Shown: piece after piece, positions 39,046 through 50,017 of the stretch
Layout of the letters: every line of letters starts with the position of its first letter
Numbering within the stretch: the stretch's first letter is position 1
DNA from: Octopus sinensis
Taxonomy: Eukaryota
NCBI RefSeq assembly: GCF_006345805.1
Contig: NC_043002.1
Location: forward strand, 68,758,001-68,822,000
Reading direction: 5' to 3'
Length of the DNA: 64,000 bases
Notes under the pieces: model-generated
What the model was told of the DNA's origin: nothing
The model's database searches: none
The model's input: the letters and a program-made list of their open reading frames with translations, nothing else
Translations under genes and position numbers: made by a program

Positions 39046-41138
39046 AAAAAAAAAAAAAATATATATATATATATATATATTACACACACACACATACCAT
39101 GCTGCCCATAAAATAACCTTATATCTATCCATGCTCAATCCCACCACCATCCATATCTCCCTCTCCCTCCCATCGCAATGCCTGAATATTGAGGGATTAT
39201 ATAAGATCTGTTAGTATTAGATATACCTCTAGCTATCACCCCTTTTCCCAGGAGTCACTCCTTATTGACATCCATCACTCACTCACTTACCATCACCTAT
39301 TTCTATAAATATGCATCCTTGTTTCTTGCCACTAACTTTACCTTTCTGTACTACTAGCCACCAATTCCTCTTTTCCACCCATCACCCATTATTGACATCT
39401 GTCACACTCTCTTCCCATTGACCATTCCATGACTCTCAATCACTTACTTTCTTCCTTACAAAAAGCTATCTACCATCAATGTTGCTCTCTCATTATCCTT
39501 TGCCATTTCTCTTTCTTCCCCATTACACTCTACCATCATTGTCTATCTTCCATTACTCCACTGAACTGTGTCTCTTTCATTTCTCTGTTCTACACAGCTC
39601 CCCATTAATCACTCTGTTTCCTCATCATACTCTGTTTTCTATCTTTCTCTCATCCTACTTCATTTCTGTAATCACTCTGTACCCTCTTTCATTCTATTGG
39701 TCCCATTATCTCAAATGAACAGAGGCAACATAGAAAAGCAAAAAGGCCTTTTGTCTTGTAGGGTGACCTTTCAAGTGGTGGTACCACAATAAAATCCATC
39801 CAATACACTTTATGGAGTGGTTCGTAAACACACAGAAACAACATAGAGGATTAAGGCGTCGAGCTGGCAGAAATGTTAGCATGCCGGGCGAAATGCTTAG
39901 CAGTATTTCTTCTGCTTTTACATTCTGAGTTCAAATTCCGCCGAGGTCGGAATTTGAACTCAGAACATCTTTTTGGGGTCCATAAATTAAGTACCAGTTA
40001 CGCACTGGGGTCGATGTTATTGACTTAATCCCTTTGTCTGTCCTTGTTTGTCCCCTCTATGTTTAGCCCCTTGTAGGTAATGAAGAAATAAGAAACAACA
40101 GAGAATTGAGCTGATGGTCTTTTTGAGGAAAAGACAACCTCTCTAGTGCTGGTGCCATCATAAAATGTAACTAGTAAACTCTGTAATGTGGTTGGGGTGT
40201 GTGTAGGGGGAAGGAAATTATGACATGACCTTACGGCTGTTAGTTTTCTCCCCTTGATGCCAAAGACCAAATCTCACTTGAATTGAACTTGTTTTTTCAT
40301 CACTCCAGGCTTGCTAACTACCATTGGTATTACTATGTGCCATCTCTTTAAGTGTTATTGTCTCTAAATAGGTAGTAGTGGTAGTAGTAATAGTTGTAGT
40401 AGTGGTAGCACTATGAAGACATGCACTGTAACAGTATGTCACTGCATCCTCCATTTGTTGGTGATTCCTTCCTCCTGGTGGATGACACCTTTGCACCCCT
40501 CAGGCAACAACCCTCCAACCCATGGGTCTGTTTTGGGTAGTTGTTGCTAGTGAGGGTTTTATAAGGTTGGAGTATAAATCCTATCTCTACTTCTTTTAGT
40601 TGCCTTTCATTGTAATAGAGGAAACATCAGTTCTATTCTTCGACATGTTAGTCCCCATACAGCACTAGAGCAACCTGAAATGAAATGTCTTGCTCAAGAA
40701 AACACAAGACCTGGTCCAGGAATCAAACCCTCAAATTTGTGATTGTGAGTGCAACACGCTAAACACTATGCCATGTGCCTTCTATATAAGGAATTATTAT
40801 TAATATTTGTTGTCATACTGCTCTTAGAGATCAGATATCCCCCATAGTGTTTTCTGTTCGTTAATCTTAATGAGATAATCCATTGTCTGTTTGGATAATG
40901 GACAATGATTTAGGCTGACTTCAAAAATTATACAGTATTTTAGACTATTCCACCTCTCTCCCTCAAGTCTCTTTCCAATAACCAACCTTACATAATGTAA
41001 CTTCATAATTTCAGAAGTATAAGAAAACGATAAAAAGAAATATTTTTTAAGAATCTGTAATGAGTTATCAACACTAATTTCATATTTATTTATGCAATTG
41101 AGTGATAACTTGAGCAGAAAGTGAGAGAGAGAGAAAGG

Positions 41139-41226
<88 letters not shown>

Positions 41227-41236
41227 TGTTGTTGCA

Positions 41237-41480
41237 TTATTCAGTTTTGAAATCCATGTAACTGTCAATATTGTTAAGCTTGTGAAATGCATTGATGATC
41301 TCCTCAAAAGAAATCTGCATGACGTCATCCATACACCTGGAAAAGAAGCTGCAGGATTAGCAGGTGCTAAGTGCAGTGAACTCTAGCAGGTCATGTGTGT
41401 GTGTGTGCAGCAAGGCTGATAGACTTGATTTCTATCAGTGGTCTTAGATGCAAGATCCATGAACACTATTGTACTGAAAC
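41237..41480 (-). mobile_element. Possible degenerate hAT transposase dimerisation-domain relic
   Basis: LIEIKS...MT...TALS...DDVMQISFEEIINAF resembles the hAT C-terminus LKLIKxYLRSTMxQERLxALxxLxIE...DFEEIIxxF. Stops and frameshifts present. Confidence 0.4.
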
Positions 41481-41832
41481 ACAAAAAGATGTTAAAACAA
41501 TTGTATATATGTAAAGCTTTGCCTGGTTAACAATAATAATAATAATAACCCTTTCTACTATAGGCACAATGCCTGAAAATTTTGGGGAAGGGGTTAGTTG
41601 ATTATATCAACCTCAGTCCTTGACTGGTACTTTATTTTTCACCCCAGAAGGATGAAAGGCAAAGTCAACCTCTTCTTGTGTTTTCTTAACTATTCTCTAG
41701 AACAATACTATGTGCAAAACCAAATATATGGCACCTTAGGCATAATACCAACTTGAACTTCTAACTTGTTGTCTCTTGAGGTCTCTGGGTGATACTAAGC
41801 AAAAGTCAAACTTATAACAACAACAACAACAA

Positions 41833-42861
41833 TACAGTTGGATGACAAGCGAGTTTCGTGTTGCTCTCAAGCAACTATGCTCTCCCGGGTTGACCTTGAG
41901 TGACTTCAACACAACCAAAGCATCCTATAGGGGATTAGTGGAGGGGAGGTACGCCGACGAGCTCGGAGCAAACCTGGACGTCGACGAGGAATACCTGACC
42001 CGCCTGTTCAGGACAACTTTCGGGCCAGGGCCCATGGACAACTTCCAGAGATCCCTGGCCTGGCAGTGCTACTGAGAAGCGCTACCCGTTTGGGATAAGC
42101 TCTACAGACATGGCTCGAGAAACACAGGGCCGACCTACCCGAGATGCTGTCAGAGCGACGAAACCGTTCTGCACGCACTTGTGCAGTGTCCAACAATTTC
42201 GACCTGTGGGCTTATGTTGAACAACTGCTGTCACGTGTGGGACGAGTTGGTTTATCAGCCGAGTCTATCGTCAATATTGTCAAGCCTATTTTCATCATCC
42301 TTGTGGCTATGGTGAAAGAATGTATCTGGTGGATGCATCTGAAAGGATTGGAGACAAACACTTTCCTCTCTGGTCAATCTCTCATCAACTTTTTCAAGTA
42401 TCACTTGAAAAGGAAAGTGAGAGTAGAGAGGCTAGTTTTGTCTAGTGAATGCTTCAAAAAAAGATGGGTGATTATCGCATGCATGGCACGTATGAATGAG
42501 GAAGCCACCTTGAGCATAATCCTATGAACCCGGAAAATTTAAAACAGAGGGTTACCTACTTGCAAACAAATGTGGTAACATGTAACATTATTGACCGTAG
42601 TTACTGTGGCATTTTCTGTAGGCTTTTCTTTCCACAGATAAACCTTATCTGCTTACCCCTTTACACTTTACATCATGACATTTCTGTGATACTCGATCCC
42701 TATTGATCGTTTTTTTTCCTTTTTTCTTTTTTTCTTTCCCTTTTATGATCCCTTTTGATCGAAAACCTACCCCACTTTTTATTTTTATTTTTCTCTCCCC
42801 AAAAAAGAAAAGCTCTAATCTGTCCCGTCTGTGTGCAGCCCTGTGTGGCTAATAAAGAAAC
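41833..42861 (+). mobile_element. Tx1/L1-clade LINE, 5'-truncated (ORF2 C-terminus plus 3' UTR)
   Basis: FQRSLAWQCY*EALPV..KLYRHG....PTYPRCCQSDETVLHALVQC (zf-RVT CCHC-type) followed by LWAYVEQLL...VKECIWW...KRW...TLSIIL*. T-rich 3' UTR ends AATAAAGAAAC(ATAT/CTAT). Confidence 0.85.
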
Positions 42862-42874
42862 ATATCTATCTATC

Positions 42875-43095
42875 CTATTTCTTTACTGTTCACAAGGGGT
42901 TACACACAGAGGGGACAAACAAGGACAGACAAATGGATTAAGTCAGTTATATCGACCCCAGTGCGTAACTGATACTTATTTAATCGATCCTGAAAGGATG
43001 AAAGGCAAAGTCGACCTCGGCGGAATTTGAACTCAGAACCTAATGGCAGACGAAATACTGCTAAGCATTTCGCCTGGCGTGCTAAATACCAGCCA
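42875..43095 (-). mobile_element. SINE family B, tail type 1 (...AGCCCCTTGTGGGCAATAAAGAAA)
   Basis: Head/B-box GAGTTCAAATTCC and central TTTGCCTTTCATCCTTTCGGGGTCGAT..AATAAGTA (resembles the Meta-SINE domain, from recall). Other copies near 17677-17825, 34709-34807, 37215-37460, 39850-40095 and 55505-55715. Confidence 0.85.
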
Positions 43096-43490
43096 CTTAC
43101 AGGGTGTGCTGGATGCTTTTTACATGGCACCAACAGGTCAGCAAGTAACTTGCAAGACAAAAACAGGTTATACAACTCAGAGGAGAAACAATTGTAGTCT
43201 CTACACAAATATGCTTCAGTCAAAGGAAATTCTTTGCATAGATATTTTTTTTACTGCTGAGTGCCCATCATATATATATATATATTTAAAAGGAATAATT
43301 AATAAATTTTTCCCTTGTGAGGTTTTTCACGCTTACTTGATAAATTCTTATAAAGAGTTTATCCTATTTTTCAATATATATATAATATAATTATTGATAA
43401 TAGGGAAGTTATTTCCAAGTCCACAGGGGAGAGAAATTCAATTTAGTGGTACTAAAATGAATTTCTCGCTATATTATATACATATATATA

Positions 43491-43755
43491 GGTTTAAGAG
43501 ACAGAACCACCTTCAAGCAACTCAAACAACATTATCTATGATAGAGATATATAAGATTAACTTTTATCAAAATTAATATCTACAATTACTATTCTTAATC
43601 ATATATTAAATTATATAGACGTGTTGTCTATATAATTTTATTAATGTGATAAACAGTAGTAATTTTGATAAAAGTTAATCTTATATATCTCTATTATGGA
43701 TAATGTCGTTCAATGTTGTTTGAGTTGCTTGAAGGTGGTTCTGTCTCTTAAACTT
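43491..43755. repeat. Fold-back palindrome, arms of about 130 bp
   Basis: TTTAAGAGACAGAACCACCTTCAAGCAACTCAAACAACATT ... AATGTTGTTTGAGTTGCTTGAAGGTGGTTCTGTCTCTTAAA; centre TATATAGAC-gtgtt-GTCTATATA. Confidence 0.9.
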
Positions 43756-43758
43756 ATA

Positions 43759-43806
<48 letters not shown>

Positions 43807-44929
43807 AACATATATATACATACATCATCATCATCCTTTAATGCCCATATGTTTGCATGGGTCAGATGGAAATTTTTGAGGCAGATTGTCTACAGCCAGA
43901 TGCCCTTCCTGTTGCCAAGCAAAGTAACATATTCCCCATTGCTTGACATGTTTTTCACAGAATACTGGAAGCATGCAATCTCACTTGTATGATGGTCATT
44001 TACAACCATCATGTAATGTCTAGACAAGGTTACACACACCATCATCATTGCCGTGCTGGCATAAGTTGGATGGTTTGACAGAAGCTGACAAGCCAGAAGA
44101 CTGCACCAAACTCCACTGTCTGTTCTGGCATGGTGTTTACAGCTGGATGCCCTTCCTAATGCCAACCACTTTACAGAGTGGACTGGATCCTTTTTACATG
44201 GCACCAACACTAGTTAGGTCTGCTTTGATATTGTTTTACAGTTGGATACCCTTCCAAATGCCAACCACAGGCTTCTTTCAGTTTCTGTCCAACAAATTCA
44301 CTCATAAGGCTTTGGTCAGCTCAGAGCTACTATAGAAGTCACTTAGAAGAGAGTGAAGGTACAGAAGAATCATGGAGGGGGATGGGTAAGGTCATAAAGC
44401 GGTAGGAAAATGAGTTGGATATAAATATGGGGTGGAAGAGGTCAGATGTAAAATTTCCTTATACTAAAGATGAACTCTTACAATGGGCATATTTCTAATA
44501 CTAATGCATTTTTCTTAGGTATAGGCAACATAAGTGAAATGAATAGTTTTTAGTAGTGAAATTCTAAATAGACTATAGTTTTATTTCCCAAAGAACTAAT
44601 CTTTGTTCTCTAGCATTTATTTTAAAAGACTCATAAATTCAGTATTTTTTACCTTTTTCTATCTTTTACATTCATTAACATTAAATAAACAAAAGAGAAA
44701 ACTCTTCCAGTATAGGACACTAATTTATTAAAGGTAGCAGTCCCAAAATATTCGGTTGAGGGTTCTGTCCGGATATACAAAAAGATCCCTGCAGTAGGTA
44801 TGAAACTGTAACTCACAGCAGTTCTCTGCTAACAAAAAAAATCTGGAAAGGCTAACATGTTTCAAATTCAATAAGTCAGAAGAACATTAATGATTTTAAA
44901 TTACTTCATTTCATTTGATATATACATAC

Positions 44930-45297
44930 ACTTTTACTTGTTTCAGTCAGTTTGACTGTGGCCATGCTGGAGCACCACCTTTGGTCGAGCAAATCAACCT
45001 CAGGACTTATTCTTTGTAAGCCTAGTACTTATTCTATCGGTCTCTTTTGCTGAACCACTAAGTTACGGGGATGTAAACACACCAGCAACGGTTGTCAAGC
45101 GATGTTAGTGGGGACAAACACAGACATATATACAACGGGCTTCTTTCAATTTCCGTCTGCCAAATCCACTCACAAGGCTTTGGTTGGCCTGAGGCTATAG
45201 TAGAAGACACTTGCCCAAGGTGCTATGCAGTGGGAATGAACCCGGAACCATGTGGTTGGAAAGCAAGCTACTTACCACACAGCCACTCCTGCGCCTA
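44930..45297 (-). mobile_element. SINE family A
   Basis: Full-length copy. Confidence 0.9.
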
Positions 45298-45926
45298 TAA
45301 ATATATTTATACACACACATATATACACTACATCTTGATGTCTACAAAACAATGACGTCACATTGAGAATGGTAATTTCTTCTTTTATATATTGGTGTTC
45401 ATTTGTGAGAAGATAAAGTCTTCACATTGTGAATCATGGTTGCTTGATTTACTGGCAGTAAAATATCCTTTAAAAACGAAAAAGACATCTCTAACTAGAC
45501 AGATGGGTCACATCTGGAATATCATTGTCCATGCTCGCCTCAGTCAGGACTAACAATAACAAAACTAGAAGGTTTCCAGACTAAATTCTGTTACCAAGTA
45601 AACGAGCTGAATGCTTTGAATCTCGTTCAGAATACGAAATAAATGTTTGAGGTAGAATATAAATATTTCAATAAATCAGTTAACTATTTAACCAATCAAC
45701 TGATGCAATTCATTTCTCATCCGTAGCCAATACAAAATGTACATAAAAACTCAAGGGAAATAAATCTGTATGTTACTCATGTTCAACGCAATCTTCACAT
45801 TCTATTTTATATTGTCTATATTTACACAGTTTCAAACCAGAAAGACGTTTGATAACTTTTCATCATCTCATTTGTATTTAGTTATTAATGAATTTAAAGC
45901 AAGACCAAATTATTAGAAATATATAT

Positions 45927-45932
45927 TTTATT
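45927..45932 (-). terminator. Candidate polyadenylation signal AATAAA just 3' of the KLHDC4 stop
   Basis: Plus-strand TTTATT equals AATAAA on the minus strand, about 10 nt after the TGA. Usage is not demonstrable from sequence. Confidence 0.35.
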
Positions 45933-45941
45933 ACAGAAAAC

Positions 45942-46138
45942 TCAGTCGTCATGAAGGTAGTCTTGGCACATCCGTAAAGCAAGTTTCTTTATTTGTTTAA
46001 CACTGAGAGTTTCCTTTTCAGCCTCAGCATTCTCTTTGGCTTGCTGAAGCCAGAATTCTTGTGTACGTTCAAAGTATTTTTCTTCACTTTCTCCATCATT
46101 TATATCTGGAACATTGTCGTCCACATCCATGTCAGATT
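45942..46138 (-). CDS. KLHDC4: KLHDC4 ortholog, terminal coding exon (197 nt incl. TGA), DUF4110-like tail
   Basis: gttttcAG|AA TCT GAC ATG... encodes (E)SDMDVDDNVPDINDGESEEKYFERTQEFWLQQAKENAEAEKETLSVKQIKKLALRMCQDYLHDD*. Confidence 0.9.
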
Positions 46139-46445
46139 CTGAAAACAAAAAAATAAACAGTACATTGTCAATCTTCTTCCTCCTCATCAGCATCATTTTA
46201 CATCTGTTTTCCATGCTTTCATGGGTTGGATATTTCGAAAGGTACCAATGGTTCACAGGACTGAAATTAGTGCCAAAGTCACAGTTCTGACATGTTTCTA
46301 TGGTTGGATGCCCTTCTTAAAGCCAACTTCTTTATGAAGTGCACTGAGTGCCTTATGCATGGCCCCAGCACTAGTGAGATTGCCTTGACTGGGAAGGAGG
46401 ATAAGAAATAAGATGGTCGTTTGAAGCAAAGTGTTGAGAGGTTAA

Positions 46446-46666
46446 CCCTTTCGTTACTGTATTTCTGTTGAGATGCTCTGTGTTTCTTTCAATTACTTTA
46501 AATATAACAAAGAATTTAATTTAATAACTTAGTTATCATTCAGCTAGTGTTAGGAACATAAATTGTGACTAAGGTTTGGTGGAAGATTTTAATTCAAAAT
46601 TTATGAAAACAAGACATTTGTACTACAGAGCCAGAGCCGGTTTCAGCCGGGTTGGTAACGAAAGGG
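46446..46666. mobile_element. piggyBac-type MITE, 221 bp, in the last KLHDC4 intron
   Basis: TTAA|CCCTTTCGTTAC ... GTAACGAAAGGG|TTAA. Older copies near 8810-8980, 13375-13593 and 58455-58520. Confidence 0.9.
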
Positions 46667-47904
46667 TTAAAGTATGCTGGGGGAAACAGGAACAGATTTA
46701 CTGTTTGTACCTCAAATTGGCTACCTCGAATTTTACATGGATGGGTGGTGGGGCAGAAATGGGGCTCAAACTGAAGTAAATATGGTGACAATGAAATGCC
46801 TGAACATACAGTCATGGCAACATGTCCAAGAGATGTACAGAAGAGAGTGTAGACACAGAAAAATGAGAGAGGGAGTAGGTAGTAGTTGTAAGAAGGCAAG
46901 AGGAGAGTGAATAGGGACGTCCTCACGAAAAGAAGCACTTTCTACTCTCTGTAAAGTGGTTGGCATACAGCTGTAGAAACCATGGCAAAGCTGATGTTGG
47001 ATTTTAAAGAGGCCTTGTGCCTTGACAGATCTTGTCAAACCATCCAACTCATGGCAGCATGGAAAATGGCTGTTAAATTATGATGCTGATGATGGGTGGA
47101 TGTCAGATGAAAGGCTTCATCATGTTAATCATGAAGTCTTACATCTTAGCTTTTTCTAAGGCAACAGTTACCAGTGTTGCCTTACTGGCACGTGAAAAAG
47201 CAATTGAGCGAGGTCGTTGCCAGTGCTGCTGGACTGGCTCCTGTATGTATGTCAAGTACATTGTCCCTTGACTTACTAAGTCCAAGGTGGCACATAAAGA
47301 ACACCACTTGAGTGTGGCCGTTGCCAGTACTGCCTAAATGGCCCTCATGCCGATGGCACGTAAAAGCACCCACTATACTCTTGGAGTGGTTGGCATTAGA
47401 AAAGGCATCCAGCTGTAGAAACTCTGCCAGATCAGATTGGAGCCTGGTGCAGCCATCAGGTTCACCAGTCCTCAGTCAAATCTTCCAACCCATGCTAGCA
47501 TGGAAAGTGGACGTTAAACGATGATGATAGGCAACATAAGTGAAACAAACTGTCTTCAGGAGTGAAACTGTAACTATATTGCAGCTTTGGCACACCAAAA
47601 ACTTACCTTTGTTTTACAGCACTTATCTTTAAAAGATTCAACATTAAAACAAGATATACACCTCAATTCATTAAAAGTATGTCCCAAAATATCTGGCTAA
47701 GGGCTCTGCCAAGATGTACTGGAAAATCCTTGCAATATGTATGAACCTGTAATTCAAGATCCAGTAGACTTTATAATTCAGCGGAGTGAATGCTTTTGTC
47801 ATTTTCACATTGTAAGGAATTTGCTGATTGTTTGATATCTATAGCTAGTATTTAAATAAGAAAGCAAAGACTGATTACTGAATGAATAGTTCACATTGAC
47901 TTAC

Positions 47905-47962
47905 CAGTATCCGAACTGTCACTTTCTTTATCATCATCTGAAGAATCTGATTCCTCCCATTC
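47905..47962 (-). CDS. KLHDC4: KLHDC4 ortholog, coding exon, 58 nt (acidic)
   Basis: cttgttgcAG|GAA TGG GAG...GAT ACT G|GTAAGT. Encodes EWEESDSSDDDKESDSSDT; phases 0 and 1 fit the flanking exons. Confidence 0.92.
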
Positions 47963-48930
47963 CTGCAACAAGAAAAGGAAATTTTATAAGCTTCTTGGTA
48001 ATAGAGACACATCTGAATTACAACAGATAATTATCTACCTTTATTCACATTATCCTTCAATATGTGTTCTGATTAAGTGTTATGGTAGCCAATGTGGACT
48101 TATATTCAAGAACAACAGCTTATTCAGGGGCCAAATGGAAGTATATCAGTTAATAAAAGTATATTAGAATCTCAATGTGTGAATTTTAATAAATTCAATT
48201 TTGAATGAGCTGAAGCTAAGTACTAAATTACGTAATTAAAGACTAATAAAATGAGCTAAGGGGAAATAACTCAAGAGAGAGTTAATGGCTTGGACTTAGT
48301 AAGTCAAGGGACAATGTACTTGACATACATACAATATTCTCCCAATTGAAGAAAAAAATTCTTGAAGGAGTAGAAAATGACAGACAGACGTACGTACGTA
48401 CATATATACATACATACATACATACATACATACAGAGACTGGCTGATTCGTACATCACAAGTCCAATCTGTGAGTGGAACAGTAAAACTATGCATGACTC
48501 TTCTCAATTTCCAAATGCAAATTTGTCTATGTGAGCTACATATCAAAATGGAGAGCTTTGTATCTTGAATGGAAAACGACTCCCATCTCAGTGGAAGATT
48601 TATAATAATTAAAAAATAGAAGAGACAATGCATGTAATGAAGGCACGTGGCTCAGTGGTTGGTTTACTCAGTTCATGATCATAATGTCATGAGTGGTGCA
48701 CTGTGTCCTTGAGCAAGACACTCTATTTCATGTTGCTCCAGTCCATTCAGCTGGCAAAGATGAGTGGTACTTGTATTTCAAAGGGCTAGAACTACGTTAA
48801 GGGCACATGTCAGTGAAGTGTTCAGCCATTTGCACATAAATTTCACGACCAAGCTGTTCTGTTGAAAAAGATAAATTGGAACATTTGTCATTGTAACTGA
48901 CAGACTGCTAGTTACACACACACACACACA

Positions 48931-49090
48931 TTAAAACAAAAAGTTGAATTCTGCTCATAAAGTTTACCAAAGGTTTTGTATCCACGAAACCCAAAGCCTT
49001 GTGAACAGCTTCAGCTGTCCCCAAGGCTTTGGCTTTGTGGATATGAAAACTTTGGTAACTCTATGACTAGAATTTAACTTTTTGTTTTAA
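48931..49090. repeat. Imperfect palindrome (MITE-like) in a KLHDC4 intron
   Basis: TTAAAACAAAAAGTTGAATTCT...CCAAAGCCTTG / CAAGGCTTTGG...AGAATTTAACTTTTTGTTTTAA. Confidence 0.75.
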
Positions 49091-49443
49091 TAATTACTGC
49101 TCTATTCTTTGGAGTGTACTTCTTTTCTGATATATGTTTTATTGACTACATATGCATACATACATACATCATCATCATCATCGTTTAGCGTCCGCTTTCC
49201 ATGCTAGCATGGGTTGGACGGTTCAACTGGGGTCTGGGAAGCCAGAAGGCTGCATCAGGCCCAGTCTGATCTGGCAATGTTTCTACAGCTGGATGCCCTT
49301 CCTAATGCCAACCACTCCATGAGTGTAGTGGGTGCTTTTTATGTGCCACTGGCACAGATATATAATTAATTAAAACTACACATTAAGTACAGGATATCAT
49401 CAACAAGTGAAAAATAGGGTAAACATACAGAGATAAGTACAGG

Positions 49444-49483
<40 letters not shown>

Positions 49484-49732
49484 TACCAGGCATCTTTAAT
49501 TTCCATTTACCAAATCCACTCACAAGGTTTTGCTTGGCTTGGGGGCCATAGTGCAAGACACTTGCCCAAAGTGCCGCACAGTGGAGTTGAATGTGGGAAC
49601 ACTAATAAGAAGTGGAAAGCAAACTTCTTACGACACCACCATGCCAGGACCTTTTTTTATGAAGTTGAAATTATCTCCTTTCCCGTTGGGAATCACTAAC
49701 AATTACTGCTAGGCATTTGATTGACCACTTAC

Positions 49733-50017
49733 CAGCTTTTTAGTATCCATTTCAATAATTGTATTCCACTTGTGTTTCTTGCTGAGATCCAAAGAATAAA
49801 AGTCAGACAAAGTAATCTGTGCGTCACCATCTTCGAAGAGACCTCCATATAAATAAAGCTGACCACCTGTGATTGCTAATAAACAGTTCATTCTTGGAGA
49901 TGGCATAAACGGATCAAATGTATTTGAAGATGGATTATCAGATTCTGTGAGACCGGAAGCTGTTTCAGAACTTGGTCCTATGACCACAGTAAATACACCA
50001 TCACTGCTTGTAGATAC
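49733..50017 (-). CDS. KLHDC4: KLHDC4 ortholog, coding exon, 285 nt
   Basis: ttttttAG|GTA TCT...AAG CTG|GTAAGT. Encodes VSTSSDGVFTVVIG...PSPRMNCLLAITGGQLYLYGGLFEDGDAQITLSDFYSLDLSKKHKWNTIIEMDTKKL, the last kelch blade. Confidence 0.96.

Noticed and set aside
41237-41336. Terminal exon or micropeptide of a second gene (ttcttttccAG|G TGT ATG GAT GAC...MDDVMQISFEEIINAFHKLNNIDSYMDFKTE*)
   Set aside because: No convincing upstream partner exon. The similarity extends upstream through the putative intron as a decayed hAT dimerisation-domain-like sequence. RNA-seq could overturn this.
45480-45535. Start of another minus-strand gene (ATG GAC AAT GAT ATT CCA GAT GTG ACC CAT CTG TCT AGT TAG)
   Set aside because: In-frame stop after 13 codons and no strong splice donor; probably KLHDC4 3' UTR or flank.
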